Of a stretch of DNA of 64,000 nucleotides, positions 9,440 to 19,327 are shown piece by piece. Both the position numbers and the translations under genes were made by a program. This DNA is from Pedobacter sp. GTDB taxonomy: Bacteria > Bacteroidota > Bacteroidia > Sphingobacteriales > Sphingobacteriaceae. Within the stretch, counting starts at the first letter, position 1; the number at the start of each line of letters is the position of its first letter. The notes beneath the pieces were generated by a model, which was not told the origin of the DNA, did no database searches, and was given only the letters and a program-made list of their open reading frames with translations. Where the stretch lies: positions 65,993-129,992 of the forward strand of contig JANXVH010000170.1 of the NCBI GenBank assembly GCA_025351765.1. The letters run 5' to 3'.

Positions 9440-11026
9440 TTAAAAAACGGTATCTGTTAGTTGATCCATGTGATTAGGATAATCGGTTGTGAAATGCAAT
9501 CCCCTACTTTCCTTTCTTGCCATAGCAGACTTTATTACGATAAATGCTACTTGAATAACATTACGAAGCTCACACAATTTAACGGAAACTTTATTCTCTT
9601 TATAAAATTCTTCAGTTTCCTGATGCAGTAGAAACAGTCGCCTCATTGCACGTTCCAAACGAAAATCGGACCGTACAATACCAACATAATCACTCATCAA
9701 TTTCTGTGTTTCCCTCAAATTATGTGTTACCAGTATATCTTCATTTGATTGCGTAACCCCGTGGGCGTTCCATTCCGGAATGTGATCAGGGATCACATTA
9801 TTTTTAAAAGTAGCAATGGCGTCAAGGAATATCCTATGCGCAAAAACGGGTGCTTCCAATAACGAATTCGAAGCCAGCCTGTTTGCACCATGTAAGCCCG
9901 TTGAGGAACATTCCCCACAAGCATATAAATTGTTTATGGAAGACCTGCCGTGCTCATCTACCATGATACCTCCGCACATGTAATGCGCAGCAGGCGTTAC
10001 AGGAATAAGGTCTTTAGTCATGTCTATGCCAATAGATAAACACTTTGCATATATATTAGGAAAATGATTTAAAATATCAGCCTTGCTCCTGTTCCTTATA
10101 TCAAGATAAACAAAATCTTCTCCCGACTTTTTCATTTCAGAATCTATTGCGCGGGCAACGATATCACGGGGAGCCAATGAGCCTCTCTTATCGTATTCAT
10201 ACATGAACTCCTCTCCATTTTTTCTCCTTAAAACCCCTCCAAATCCCCTCACTGCTTCAGAAATAAGAAAGGCTGGATACTCTCCGGGATGATATAAAGC
10301 GGTTGGGTGGAACTGAATAAATTCCATATTCCTCAATTTGCCTTTCGCACGATATACCATTGCCATTCCATCGCCTGTGGCAATAACTGGGTTTGTGGTA
10401 CTCGAATAAATATGACCTGCACCACCAGATGCAAGGATAGTCACATTAGCCAAAATCTTTTCAACATCGTTAAGCTCTGTATTAAAGGCATATATACCAT
10501 AACATTCAATATCAGTGGTACTCTTATCAACATGTTTACCAAGGTGGTGCTGTGTGATCAACTCTAAACAAAAGTAATGTGTTAATATCTCTATGTTCTC
10601 ATTTTCATGAATCTGCTTGAGTAGCACACTCTCTATCTCATAGCCGGTAACATCTTTATAATGTAACACACGATGTTCCGAATGACCGCCTTCTTTAGCT
10701 AAATCGTATACACCAGTTTGGTTTTTATCAAAGTTAATTCCGTAATCAATGATCTCCTGTATACGCTGCGGTCCCTCTTTAACAACTATTTCAACGATAT
10801 GTTCATTACATAACCCATCGCCGGCAATTAGTGTATCTTCAATGTGCTTTTCAAAAGAATCATCTTTATCTACTACAACAGCAACCCCACCCTGAGCATA
10901 TTTCGTATTAGATTCATCCTCATTAGACTTTGTAACTATCAGAACTTTACCGTGCTTAGCTGCTTTGAGTGCAAAGCTTAATCCGGCAATACCAGACCCT
11001 ATCACTAAAAAATCGACTTTTCTCAT
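9440..11026 (-). CDS. nadB: L-aspartate oxidase
   Basis: 528 aa with FAD dinucleotide motif DFLVIGSGIAGLSFA, succinate dehydrogenase/fumarate reductase-like flavoprotein motifs (HYMCGGI, GANRLASNSLLE), and nadA in the neighbourhood. Confidence 0.95.
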   Translation of the reverse strand: MRKVDFLVIGSGIAGLSFALKAAKHGKVLIVTKSNEDESNTKYAQGGVAVVVDKDDSFEKHIEDTLIAGDGLCNEHIVEIVVKEGPQRIQEIIDYGINFDKNQTGVYDLAKEGGHSEHRVLHYKDVTGYEIESVLLKQIHENENIEILTHYFCLELITQHHLGKHVDKSTTDIECYGIYAFNTELNDVEKILANVTILASGGAGHIYSSTTNPVIATGDGMAMVYRAKGKLRNMEFIQFHPTALYHPGEYPAFLISEAVRGFGGVLRRKNGEEFMYEYDKRGSLAPRDIVARAIDSEMKKSGEDFVYLDIRNRSKADILNHFPNIYAKCLSIGIDMTKDLIPVTPAAHYMCGGIMVDEHGRSSINNLYACGECSSTGLHGANRLASNSLLEAPVFAHRIFLDAIATFKNNVIPDHIPEWNAHGVTQSNEDILVTHNLRETQKLMSDYVGIVRSDFRLERAMRRLFLLHQETEEFYKENKVSVKLCELRNVIQVAFIVIKSAMARKESRGLHFTTDYPNHMDQLTDTVF

Positions 11027-11475
11027 TAAATATTACTGTTAAAAATATTTTGTTAACAACTACCAAATAACTGTTAACTTAATGTCTAAACAAATAGAGC
11101 AAGTATTGTTGAATGTTTAAAGCTACTCTAAAATGATAATCTGACACAATTATTTAAGTTATTTTTAAGCAACTTTGTGGAGTTTATTAACTTTTAGTAC
11201 ACCACTTAAGAATGAACATATCTCTATTGATAAGTTTTAGTATCAAATAACATTACGTTGTAAATCAGTTAACATTCAAATAAAAAAACCACTTTAATTG
11301 TTGATAAGTTTAGAGTAAGTTAGATTATACCATTAAAATTTAATATTTACAAACAATACCAACACACTAATAAACAATAGAAATCTATTTATATTAAATA
11401 ATTATAAATTATTGATCTGTTGAAAGCACTTACCTTTACAAATGCCAAAGAGAACTTAAAGCAACAAACAGACGG

Positions 11476-12474
11476 ATGGAAATGGACACATTAAAAGAAT
11501 TAAGCAGGAAAGGATTTATTGATGAAAAAATTGATCCTACCCTTGATCTGTTTAATGAAATTGAAAAATTAAAAAAGGAAAAGAATGCAATTATACTTGC
11601 ACATTACTATCAAGAACCTGATATACAAGACATTGCTGATTATATTGGAGATAGTTTAGGACTTTCTCAAGAAGCAGCAAAAACAGAAGCAGAGGTAATA
11701 GTTTTTGCAGGTGTTCACTTCATGGCCGAAACAGCTAAGATTTTATCACCAAATAAAAAGGTTTTACTTCCGGATGTAAAGGCAGGCTGTTCTTTGGCGG
11801 ACAGTTGCCCCCCACATTTGTTTAGGAAATTTAAAGAAAAGTACCCTGACCATGTGGTGATTACTTATGTAAATTGTACTGCGGAATTGAAAGCGTTGAG
11901 TGATATTGTTTGCACTTCTACAAACGCAGTTCAGATAGTAGAAAGTTTGCCAAAAGACACAAAAATAATTTTTGGTCCAGATAAGAATCTGGGCGCCTGG
12001 GTAGCAAAAAAGACTGGTAGAGATCTTGTCTTATGGAATGGAGCATGCATGGTACATGAGATATTTTCTAGAGAAAAGATCACTAAATTAAAAGAGCGCC
12101 ATCCAAAAGCTAAGTTTATTGCCCATCCGGAATGTGAAGAAGCAGTTTTGAGCATGGCAGATTATATAGGCTCCACAACTGGGTTGTTAAAATATACCAC
12201 GAATAATGAAGCCAAGGAATTCATTGTTGCTACCGAGAGTGGGATAATTCATCAAATGGAGAAAGCCAATCCGGATAAAACATTTATACCGGCACCGCCT
12301 AATAATAACTGTGCATGTAATGATTGCCCTTATATGAAAAGAAATACACTTGAGAAGCTTTATTTGTGTCTTAAGAATGGTACGCCGGAAGTTACAGTAC
12401 CTGAGCATATTATTGCAGCAGCAAGAAAACCAATAGAAAGAATGCTGGAAATATCAGCACAATTAGGATTATAA
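11476..12474 (+). CDS. nadA: Quinolinate synthase
   Basis: 332 aa with [16 protein letters not shown], conserved Cys residues, and a layout divergent from nadB. An alternative ATG lies at 11482. Confidence 0.95.
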   Translation: MEMDTLKELSRKGFIDEKIDPTLDLFNEIEKLKKEKNAIILAHYYQEPDIQDIADYIGDSLGLSQEAAKTEAEVIVFAGVHFMAETAKILSPNKKVLLPDVKAGCSLADSCPPHLFRKFKEKYPDHVVITYVNCTAELKALSDIVCTSTNAVQIVESLPKDTKIIFGPDKNLGAWVAKKTGRDLVLWNGACMVHEIFSREKITKLKERHPKAKFIAHPECEEAVLSMADYIGSTTGLLKYTTNNEAKEFIVATESGIIHQMEKANPDKTFIPAPPNNNCACNDCPYMKRNTLEKLYLCLKNGTPEVTVPEHIIAAARKPIERMLEISAQLGL

Positions 12475-13508
12475 TGTTTGAAAATAAAGAAACTACGGAT
12501 ATAGCAGAGTTGGGTGAATTTGGTTTAATCAAACACCTTACTACAAATTTTAAAATTAAACACGAAAGTAGCATAAAAGGAATTGGAGATGATGCAGCTG
12601 TACTGAGTTTTGAGGACAAGCAGGTACTAATTTCAACAGATCTTTTACTGGAAGGAATACACTTCGACCTATCATACGTACCCCTTATGCATTTGGGCTA
12701 TAAAGCAGTACAAGTCAATCTAAGCGATATTTATGCAATGAATGGCATAGCTACTCAGATCACTGTTAGTATAGGCTTATCTAGCAAATTTCCGTTAGAG
12801 GCTGTAGAAGAAATTTATAAAGGAATTGAACTGGCTTGCAATAAATTTAATATTGATTTGATTGGTGGTGATACTTCTACCAGTAAGCAGGGATTGGTAA
12901 TTAGTGTAACTAGCATTGGTTTTGCAGAAAAGAAAGATGTGACTTATAGAAATGGTGCTGGAGAGGGTGATCTATTGTGCGTTTCCGGTGATTTGGGAGG
13001 GGCTTATGTTGGATTACAAATATTAGAAAGAGAGAAATTGGTCTATCTGGAAAACCCAAATATCCAGCCAGACCTTGAAGGAAAAGACTATATTATTGAA
13101 AGACAGTTAAAACCTGAAGGAAGACGTGATATTGTTGACCTTTTAGCGCAAATGAATATAAAGCCAACCTCAATGATAGATGTGTCTGACGGATTAGCTT
13201 CAGAGATACTACATATCTGTGAACAATCGGATAAAGGTTGTAATCTTTATGAAGAGAAAATTCCAATTGACCCGGTTACTTATGAAACTGCAAGAGAATT
13301 AGGATTAGATCCAACCATTTGTGCATTAAGTGGAGGAGAAGATTATGAGTTACTGTTTACGATTAAGCAAAGTGATTATACCAAGCTAAAAAATGATGTA
13401 GATATCAGTATCATCGGACATATCACTGAGAAAAATTCAGGTTGTAAAATGATATCTAAATCCAATGTGGTACATGATATTAAAGCCCAGGGCTGGAAGG
13501 CATTTTAG
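12474..13508 (+). CDS. thiL: Thiamine-monophosphate kinase
   Basis: AIR-synthase-related fold with GIGDDAAVL and IGGDTS motifs, 344 aa. The start overlaps the nadA stop (ATAATG). Confidence 0.88.
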   Translation: MFENKETTDIAELGEFGLIKHLTTNFKIKHESSIKGIGDDAAVLSFEDKQVLISTDLLLEGIHFDLSYVPLMHLGYKAVQVNLSDIYAMNGIATQITVSIGLSSKFPLEAVEEIYKGIELACNKFNIDLIGGDTSTSKQGLVISVTSIGFAEKKDVTYRNGAGEGDLLCVSGDLGGAYVGLQILEREKLVYLENPNIQPDLEGKDYIIERQLKPEGRRDIVDLLAQMNIKPTSMIDVSDGLASEILHICEQSDKGCNLYEEKIPIDPVTYETARELGLDPTICALSGGEDYELLFTIKQSDYTKLKNDVDISIIGHITEKNSGCKMISKSNVVHDIKAQGWKAF

Positions 13509-14731
13509 TCTAAAAATTTGGTGTCAATTTGCTTGGTAGCTCTGGCACCTAATTTTTTAATCTTTTCTGAAGTACTAGCCAGATTACCAGATCCTTTACT
13601 TAGTTTGTTTATGGCTTTATCATAAGCATCCTGACTAAGTTTCATGTTTTTTCCTATTCCGTCCATATCAACTAAAAAGCCTACAAACTTATCGTACATA
13701 CTTCCGCTTAAACGGGCAATTTCCAAAACATTTCTATTTTGTCTTTCCTGTTTCCATATACTAGAAATAGTTCTCAACGTAGCTAAAAGCGTTGAAGGAC
13801 TTACAATAACTACTTTCCTATCCCATGCATAATTAAAAAGTTCAGCATCTTGTTGAACGGCGATGCCAAAGGAAGATTCTATAGAGATGAAAAGTAATAC
13901 AAAATCTGGCGAGTTGATTTTATATAGATCATGATAATTCTTATTGGACAAGCCTTGTATATGTGTCTTAATAGAAAGAATATGCTGCTTTAAATAGTTT
14001 TCTTTTTGATCATCAAGCTCTGCATTGAGCATGCGTTCGTAGGCAACAAGAGAAACTTTCGCATCAATGATTACATGTTTATCATCGGGTAAGTCTAAAA
14101 TAACATCGGGCTGAAGCCGGTTTCCATCCTGATGATTAAGACTGGTTTGAATCCTATATTCCCTATCACGCACCAGGCCAGAACGTTCCAGTATTTTTTC
14201 TAATATAATTTCGCCCCAATTGCCTTGTTTTTTACTGTCTCCTTTCAGCGCCCTAGTCAAATTTCCAGCCTCTTCGCTAATCAGTTTGCTCTGATCCATT
14301 AACTGACTGATTACGCCTTTAAGAATATTTCGCTCATCTGATTCTGACTTATATACCTTTTCTACCTTTTCTTCAAAAGCTTTAATATTTTCCTTTAACG
14401 GATTTAATATACTATCAAGATTAGTTCTGTTTGTTTCTGTAAACTTTGCAGTTTTTGCGTCTAGTACCCTATTGGCTATATGCTCAAACTCCAATTTAAA
14501 ACGGTTTTGGAGGTCATTTATATATTTTTCTTGTTGTATTTGCCTTTCAGATTGTGATAAAAACTGCTGCTCAGCTTTAATCACTTTATCACGCTCATTC
14601 ATGTAGTTTAAACGAAGCTCTATTACTTCTTCTTGAAGAATCTTTTTTTCTTTGTTAACGGAATCCAATAATCTATAAATAAATACGAATACTAAGATTA
14701 TGATCAATAGGCTTATAACAATAACTTCCAT
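13505..14731 (-). CDS. rmuC: DNA recombination protein RmuC
   Basis: N-terminal TM helix, long coiled coil, and a conserved C-terminal nuclease-like region (GNWGEIILEKILERSGL, PDVILDLPDDKHVIIDAK). The ORF extends to 14803, but the ATG at 14731 (MEVIVISLL...) begins directly at the TM helix. Confidence 0.88.
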   Translation of the reverse strand: MEVIVISLLIIILVFVFIYRLLDSVNKEKKILQEEVIELRLNYMNERDKVIKAEQQFLSQSERQIQQEKYINDLQNRFKLEFEHIANRVLDAKTAKFTETNRTNLDSILNPLKENIKAFEEKVEKVYKSESDERNILKGVISQLMDQSKLISEEAGNLTRALKGDSKKQGNWGEIILEKILERSGLVRDREYRIQTSLNHQDGNRLQPDVILDLPDDKHVIIDAKVSLVAYERMLNAELDDQKENYLKQHILSIKTHIQGLSNKNYHDLYKINSPDFVLLFISIESSFGIAVQQDAELFNYAWDRKVVIVSPSTLLATLRTISSIWKQERQNRNVLEIARLSGSMYDKFVGFLVDMDGIGKNMKLSQDAYDKAINKLSKGSGNLASTSEKIKKLGARATKQIDTKFLD

Positions 14732-14895
14732 ACTAATATTTTTAACAAAAATCGACAATAAATTATTAATTGTCAAGCGTAATTGTATGGGTGTTTTTAT
14801 CATTTCAATTGTAATAATTCCAAGTATTTTTATGGTGTATGATAAAAGGGAACGCTTTTTGAGTTAATAAAGCTGGAAAACATACACTTACGATA

Positions 14896-15591
14896 ATGGG
14901 AATTTATTTAATTTTAGTAATTCCGGTTCTAATATTAAGCATGTTTGTGCAATGGCGATTTAGAAGTAAATTTTCCAAGTATGCAGAAATGCAATTGGGC
15001 TCGGGATTTTCAGGAAAGGAAGTTGCAGAAAAGATGCGGCATGATTACGGGATATTTGATGTGAAAGTTATGAGTACAGAAGGGCAGCTTTCTGATCATT
15101 ATAATCCAGAAGAAAAGACGATTAACTTAAGCACTGATGTATATTATGGCCGAAGTGTAGCCGCTGCCGCTGTAGCGGCTCATGAATGTGGACATGCCGT
15201 ACAACAGACTAAATCTTACAGCTGGTTAAATTTGCGTACCAGCATGGTTCCTTTGGTTAGCCTAACATCTAATTTACTACAATGGGTACTTATTATAGGC
15301 GTGCTGTTGATTGCTTTTACGTTTAACCCTTTTGTGCTGACTATTGGTGTTGCCGGATTGGCCCTAATTACATTGTTTAGTATCATTACGTTACCTGTTG
15401 AATTTGACGCCAGTAGAAGGGCGTTGATCTGGCTAAAAAATAACAGTGTAGTTTTATATACCGATGAAGAGCATTCGCAAGCTAAGGATGCGCTTTGGTG
15501 GGCTGCCATGACCTATGTTGTTTCCACATTCGGAGCGATGACTAATCTGGTTTATTATATATCTATATTATTCGGTAGGAATAGGGATTAA
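14896..15591 (+). CDS. Membrane zinc metallopeptidase (YugP / Zn_peptidase_2 type)
   Basis: 231 aa with HECGHAVQ (HExxH) and flanking TM segments. Confidence 0.85.
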   Translation: MGIYLILVIPVLILSMFVQWRFRSKFSKYAEMQLGSGFSGKEVAEKMRHDYGIFDVKVMSTEGQLSDHYNPEEKTINLSTDVYYGRSVAAAAVAAHECGHAVQQTKSYSWLNLRTSMVPLVSLTSNLLQWVLIIGVLLIAFTFNPFVLTIGVAGLALITLFSIITLPVEFDASRRALIWLKNNSVVLYTDEEHSQAKDALWWAAMTYVVSTFGAMTNLVYYISILFGRNRD

Positions 15592-15974
15592 TTTAAACGG
15601 TACGGAACGATTAACTCAAATTCGGGAATATCAACGGTAAAGGAATTATGGTCTACCAATCGATACATTAAATAATTTCCGCTCATGTTTCCTATTTCTG
15701 TAGACAGTTGGCAGCCAGATACGTAAGAATGGTTTTCTCCGGGTTCTATTACGGGTTGTAAACCAACTACTCCCTCTCCTTCTACCTCACGCTGCGTACC
15801 GCTAGAATCAAAGATAAACCATTGTCGTCTTTTAAGCTGGATGGCATAATCTGATAGATTTTCGATTGTAATTCGGTAAGCAAACATAAAATAATCGTTT
15901 GCTGGGTTAGACTGATCTTCCTGATAACTTGTTTCTACAGAAATCTTTACTCCCTGGGTTATAGCTGTAACCAT
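15588..15974 (-). CDS. apaG: ApaG (DUF525) protein
   Basis: 128 aa with the typical ApaG pattern (GVKISVETSYQ..., FMFAYRITIEN, QLKRRQWFIFD). Confidence 0.88.
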   Translation of the reverse strand: MVTAITQGVKISVETSYQEDQSNPANDYFMFAYRITIENLSDYAIQLKRRQWFIFDSSGTQREVEGEGVVGLQPVIEPGENHSYVSGCQLSTEIGNMSGNYLMYRLVDHNSFTVDIPEFELIVPYRLN

Positions 15975-16957
15975 AGTTCTTGATATTTATCTGCTATTTC
16001 GTCCAATATACTATGAATTGTTACAATATTCTCTTCTTTAACCAATTGCATCCTGTAATTTTTAAAATCAGGGATTCCTTTAAAGTAATTGGCATAGTGG
16101 CGTCTCATTTCAAATATTCCAACCCTTGGCCCTTTCCAATCTATTGATCTTTCAAAATGGGTTCTGCAAACCGAGACACGTTCTGCGATGGTTGGACCAG
16201 GTAGTATCTTACCTGTTTTAAAGAAGTGTTTAATTTCTCTAAAAATCCAGGGGTAGCCTATAGCCGCCCTGCCAATCATGATTCCGTCTACTTCAAATTC
16301 CAGTCTCCAATCTGCAGCTTTCTGTATACTGGTTACATCGCCGTTTCCAAAAATCGGAATTTTGATCCTGGGATTGCGCTTAATTTCTCTAATTAATGTC
16401 CAATCTGCTTCACCTTTATAAAGCTGGGCCCGCGTGCGGCCATGTATGGTGAGTGCCTGAATTCCAATATCCTGAAGCCTTTCCGCAACCTCTTCAATGT
16501 TTTTGGTCGTATCATCCCATCCCAGCCTGGTCTTAACAGTAACAGGGAGATGGGTGGCCTTAACAACGGCTTCAGTCATTTTAACCATTTTATCAATGTC
16601 CTGCAACAGGGCAGAACCAGCACCGCGGCAAGCTACTTGTTTTACCGGGCAACCATAATTGATGTCCATTAAGTCGGGGCCAGCGGCTGTAGCTATTTCT
16701 GTAGCTTCGCGCATGTGATCAATCTCACTACCAAAAATCTGTATCCCTATGGGACGCTCATATTCAAAAATGTCTAGCTTAGCCCTGCTCTTTGCCGCGT
16801 CCCTGATTAGCCCTTCAGAAGAAATAAATTCGGTATACATCATATCTACCCCATTTTGCTTGCACACGAAACGGAAAGGCGGATCGCTCACGTCTTCCAT
16901 CGGAGCGAGTAATAAAGGGAACTCTCCAAGATCAATATTTCCTATCTTTACAGACAT
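15959..16957 (-). CDS. dusB: tRNA-dihydrouridine synthase
   Basis: 332 aa, TIM-barrel Dus motifs LAPMEDVSDPPFR and DINYGCPV. Confidence 0.93.
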   Translation of the reverse strand: MSVKIGNIDLGEFPLLLAPMEDVSDPPFRFVCKQNGVDMMYTEFISSEGLIRDAAKSRAKLDIFEYERPIGIQIFGSEIDHMREATEIATAAGPDLMDINYGCPVKQVACRGAGSALLQDIDKMVKMTEAVVKATHLPVTVKTRLGWDDTTKNIEEVAERLQDIGIQALTIHGRTRAQLYKGEADWTLIREIKRNPRIKIPIFGNGDVTSIQKAADWRLEFEVDGIMIGRAAIGYPWIFREIKHFFKTGKILPGPTIAERVSVCRTHFERSIDWKGPRVGIFEMRRHYANYFKGIPDFKNYRMQLVKEENIVTIHSILDEIADKYQELWLQL

Positions 16958-17010
16958 TTTTCTATCTTCAAACCAAATTTCAAGCTACAAATGTACAAAC
17001 TTTACAAATA

Positions 17011-17952
17011 ATGAATTCCATACAAAAGTCAAGACAAGAGAATAGCCCCTATATACATCTTTTAATGCTAGTGGCTTACGCCATATTGGGTATGATTGTA
17101 TGCATTGTATTTGCTTTTGGGGTTCTTTTTGCGAAGTACGGAATGGAGCTGTTTAGAAATCCACTGATATTAACCGGTGGAGATATCAAGTATAGACCCG
17201 CCTTGCAAATATTGTTGTTTGCACAATCGATAGGACTATTTTTAATTCCCCCCTTTCTGCTTTCGCTAACAGAGGGACAGCGGCTAAATGAATTTTATGG
17301 ATTAAAAAAACCTAAATTTATCCTTTGGGGACTAGTAATTCTCATCATGCTATTCAGTATGCCGGTAATGGAATGGACTTCTCTCATTAATCTAAAGATG
17401 AGTTTGCCGGGATTTCTAAGCGGATTGGAAAATTGGATGAAACAAAGTGAAGAATCCCTCAAGCAAACCACCCTACTCCTGCTTAAAATGGACGGGTTAA
17501 AAGATTTTCTGATCAATATATTTTTAATTGCGCTCGTTGCTGCAGTATCGGAAGAATTTATGTTTAGAGGAGCCGTTCAACGCACGCTACTGAGAATGTT
17601 TAAAAACGCCCATATTGCAATTTGGGCTTCGGCGTTTATTTTCAGTGCCATACACCTGCAGTTCTATGGCTTTCTGCCTAGATTTTTACTGGGCGCCGGA
17701 TTTGGTTATCTATATTTGTGGAGTGGAAGCTTGTGGTGTAGCATTCTGGCGCATTTTCTAAACAATGCAATTGCCGTCTGTCAGGCCTATTACATGCAAA
17801 AACATAATATGCCATTAGATGATGTGGATAACACAGCACATTTCCAGTGGTATGGTTACCTTATTAGTTTTATTATAACGATTGCTTTATTTCAAATGTT
17901 TAAAAAGCAATGTAAGCCGACTTTAAAACAACCTATTACTACCCTTTTATAA
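17011..17952 (+). CDS. CPBP-family intramembrane glutamic endopeptidase (CAAX protease-like)
   Basis: Polytopic protein with the EEFMFRG motif and a second HFLNN motif. Confidence 0.85.
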   Translation: MNSIQKSRQENSPYIHLLMLVAYAILGMIVCIVFAFGVLFAKYGMELFRNPLILTGGDIKYRPALQILLFAQSIGLFLIPPFLLSLTEGQRLNEFYGLKKPKFILWGLVILIMLFSMPVMEWTSLINLKMSLPGFLSGLENWMKQSEESLKQTTLLLLKMDGLKDFLINIFLIALVAAVSEEFMFRGAVQRTLLRMFKNAHIAIWASAFIFSAIHLQFYGFLPRFLLGAGFGYLYLWSGSLWCSILAHFLNNAIAVCQAYYMQKHNMPLDDVDNTAHFQWYGYLISFIITIALFQMFKKQCKPTLKQPITTLL

Positions 17953-17976
17953 TACCAAGAAGCTTAAATAAATCAG

Positions 17977-18783
17977 ATGAAAACACGCACTATAACTGCA
18001 TTTTTTTTTACTATTGTAATGCTTGGCTCCATCTTTTTGGGGAGTTATACTTATACCGTTTTTTATCTCATTTTAAGTTTAGCTACCCTTTATGAGTTTT
18101 TTAGCCTAATAAAAACTGCCGGCATCAGACCACACAGAAATATAGCCCTTGCTGCTGCATCTTTAATCTTTTTGATAACAGCCGGCCTCCATTACTTGCA
18201 ATTTGAAACCAAGTATCTCTTGTTACTCGTTCCCTTAATATTTTCAGTGTTTATTAGTGAATTGTATAAGAAAGAGAAAATCCCTTTTGCTAATATATCT
18301 TACACTTTTGTGGGGTTTATTTATGTAACAGCGCCATTTTGTTTCTTTTATTCTTTGGGGTTCATGGTAAACGAGACTTATAATTTTCATTTGCCACTCT
18401 CCTTTTTGTTAATGTTATGGGCTAATGATACCGGCGCCTACCTTTTTGGCTCAAAGTGGGGTAACACCCGATTATTTGAACGCCATTCACCAAAGAAATC
18501 ATGGGAGGGTTTTTTTGGCGGCATGTTAACCAGTGTATTTGTATCCTACATCCTCTCCTGTTTCTTTAAAGACATGGTGCCATTGCTATGGGCCGGAATG
18601 GCAATATTGATTGCTTCTTTTGGTACCCTTGGGGATCTGGTAGAGTCTATGTTAAAGCGGAGTTTGAATGCTAAAGACTCCGGGAATATCTTGCCTGGGC
18701 ATGGTGGGTTTTTGGATCGGTTTGATGGATTGCTACTTGCCGCGCCAGTGGTATACGCTTATATTTACCTCATTTTAAATTAG
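17977..18783 (+). CDS. cdsA: Phosphatidate cytidylyltransferase
   Basis: 268 aa, polytopic, with signature SMLKRSLNAKDSGNILPGHGGFLDRFDG. Confidence 0.92.
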   Translation: MKTRTITAFFFTIVMLGSIFLGSYTYTVFYLILSLATLYEFFSLIKTAGIRPHRNIALAAASLIFLITAGLHYLQFETKYLLLLVPLIFSVFISELYKKEKIPFANISYTFVGFIYVTAPFCFFYSLGFMVNETYNFHLPLSFLLMLWANDTGAYLFGSKWGNTRLFERHSPKKSWEGFFGGMLTSVFVSYILSCFFKDMVPLLWAGMAILIASFGTLGDLVESMLKRSLNAKDSGNILPGHGGFLDRFDGLLLAAPVVYAYIYLILN

Positions 18784-18807
18784 CTTCTTTAAGTCGCAGG
18801 ATTCATT

Positions 18808-19044
18808 CTATGCAACTTTTACCGTAAGGCGATTTCCTTTATATTGAAGCCCGTCCACAAGCTCAATGGCTTTTTCTGCCTCAGTTTCGCTTTCCATTTC
18901 AAGAAAAGCATAGCCTTTGCATTTTTTTGTGATTCGATCACGGACAACTTTTATAGTCCTTACGGATGCGTAGGCACTTACAAAGCCTACTAGCTCTAAT
19001 TCGGATATTTCGGAGCTTAAGCCGCCGACAAAAATTTTACTCAT
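18808..19044 (-). CDS. Small RRM-domain RNA-binding protein
   Basis: 78 aa with RNP2 IFVGGL and RNP1 KGYAFLEM. Confidence 0.88.
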   Translation of the reverse strand: MSKIFVGGLSSEISELELVGFVSAYASVRTIKVVRDRITKKCKGYAFLEMESETEAEKAIELVDGLQYKGNRLTVKVA

Positions 19045-19115
19045 TTGGTGGGGAGAAGATATTAACCTGCATAATAACGGCTACTTTGTGAAAATATTGT
19101 ATTGCTACGCTTAAA

Positions 19116-19322
19116 CTATCTTAGCGGTTTTAAAAGGTATTCAAGGCCGTTTAATTTGATCTCATAGAGTGTAGCGATCATTTCTCCCAGCTTGCCTGGC
19201 GGAAAGCCTTCCTGATGGAACCATACCAGGTAAGGTTCTGGTAAATCGCACATTATACGCCCTTTATATTTACCAAATGGCATTTTAAGAGTAACAAGAT
19301 CTGTCAGGATATTAGGATTCAT
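19116..19322 (-). CDS. Small conserved protein, DUF3820-like (unverified)
   Basis: 68 aa. The MPFGKYKGRIMCDLPEPYLVWF pattern recalls the DUF3820 family. It starts 5 nt downstream of the mfd stop. Confidence 0.6.
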   Translation of the reverse strand: MNPNILTDLVTLKMPFGKYKGRIMCDLPEPYLVWFHQEGFPPGKLGEMIATLYEIKLNGLEYLLKPLR

Positions 19323-19327
19323 GATTT

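Noticed and set aside
11027-11475. Possibility that the long AT-rich nadB/nadA spacer is oriC, given the nearby parS sites
   Set aside because: I found no good DnaA boxes (TTATCCACA/TGTGGATAA). The best matches are TGTTGATAA (1 mismatch) and TGTGGAGTT (3 mismatches). There is no dnaA or dnaN nearby and no clear AT-rich 13-mer-type unwinding repeats. A genome-wide GC-skew and DnaA-box scan would be needed to revisit this.
18808-19322. RRM protein plus DUF3820-like protein as a toxin-antitoxin-like pair
   Set aside because: The genes are separated by 71 nt and have no TA-family motifs. Both families are widespread single-copy housekeeping-type genes.
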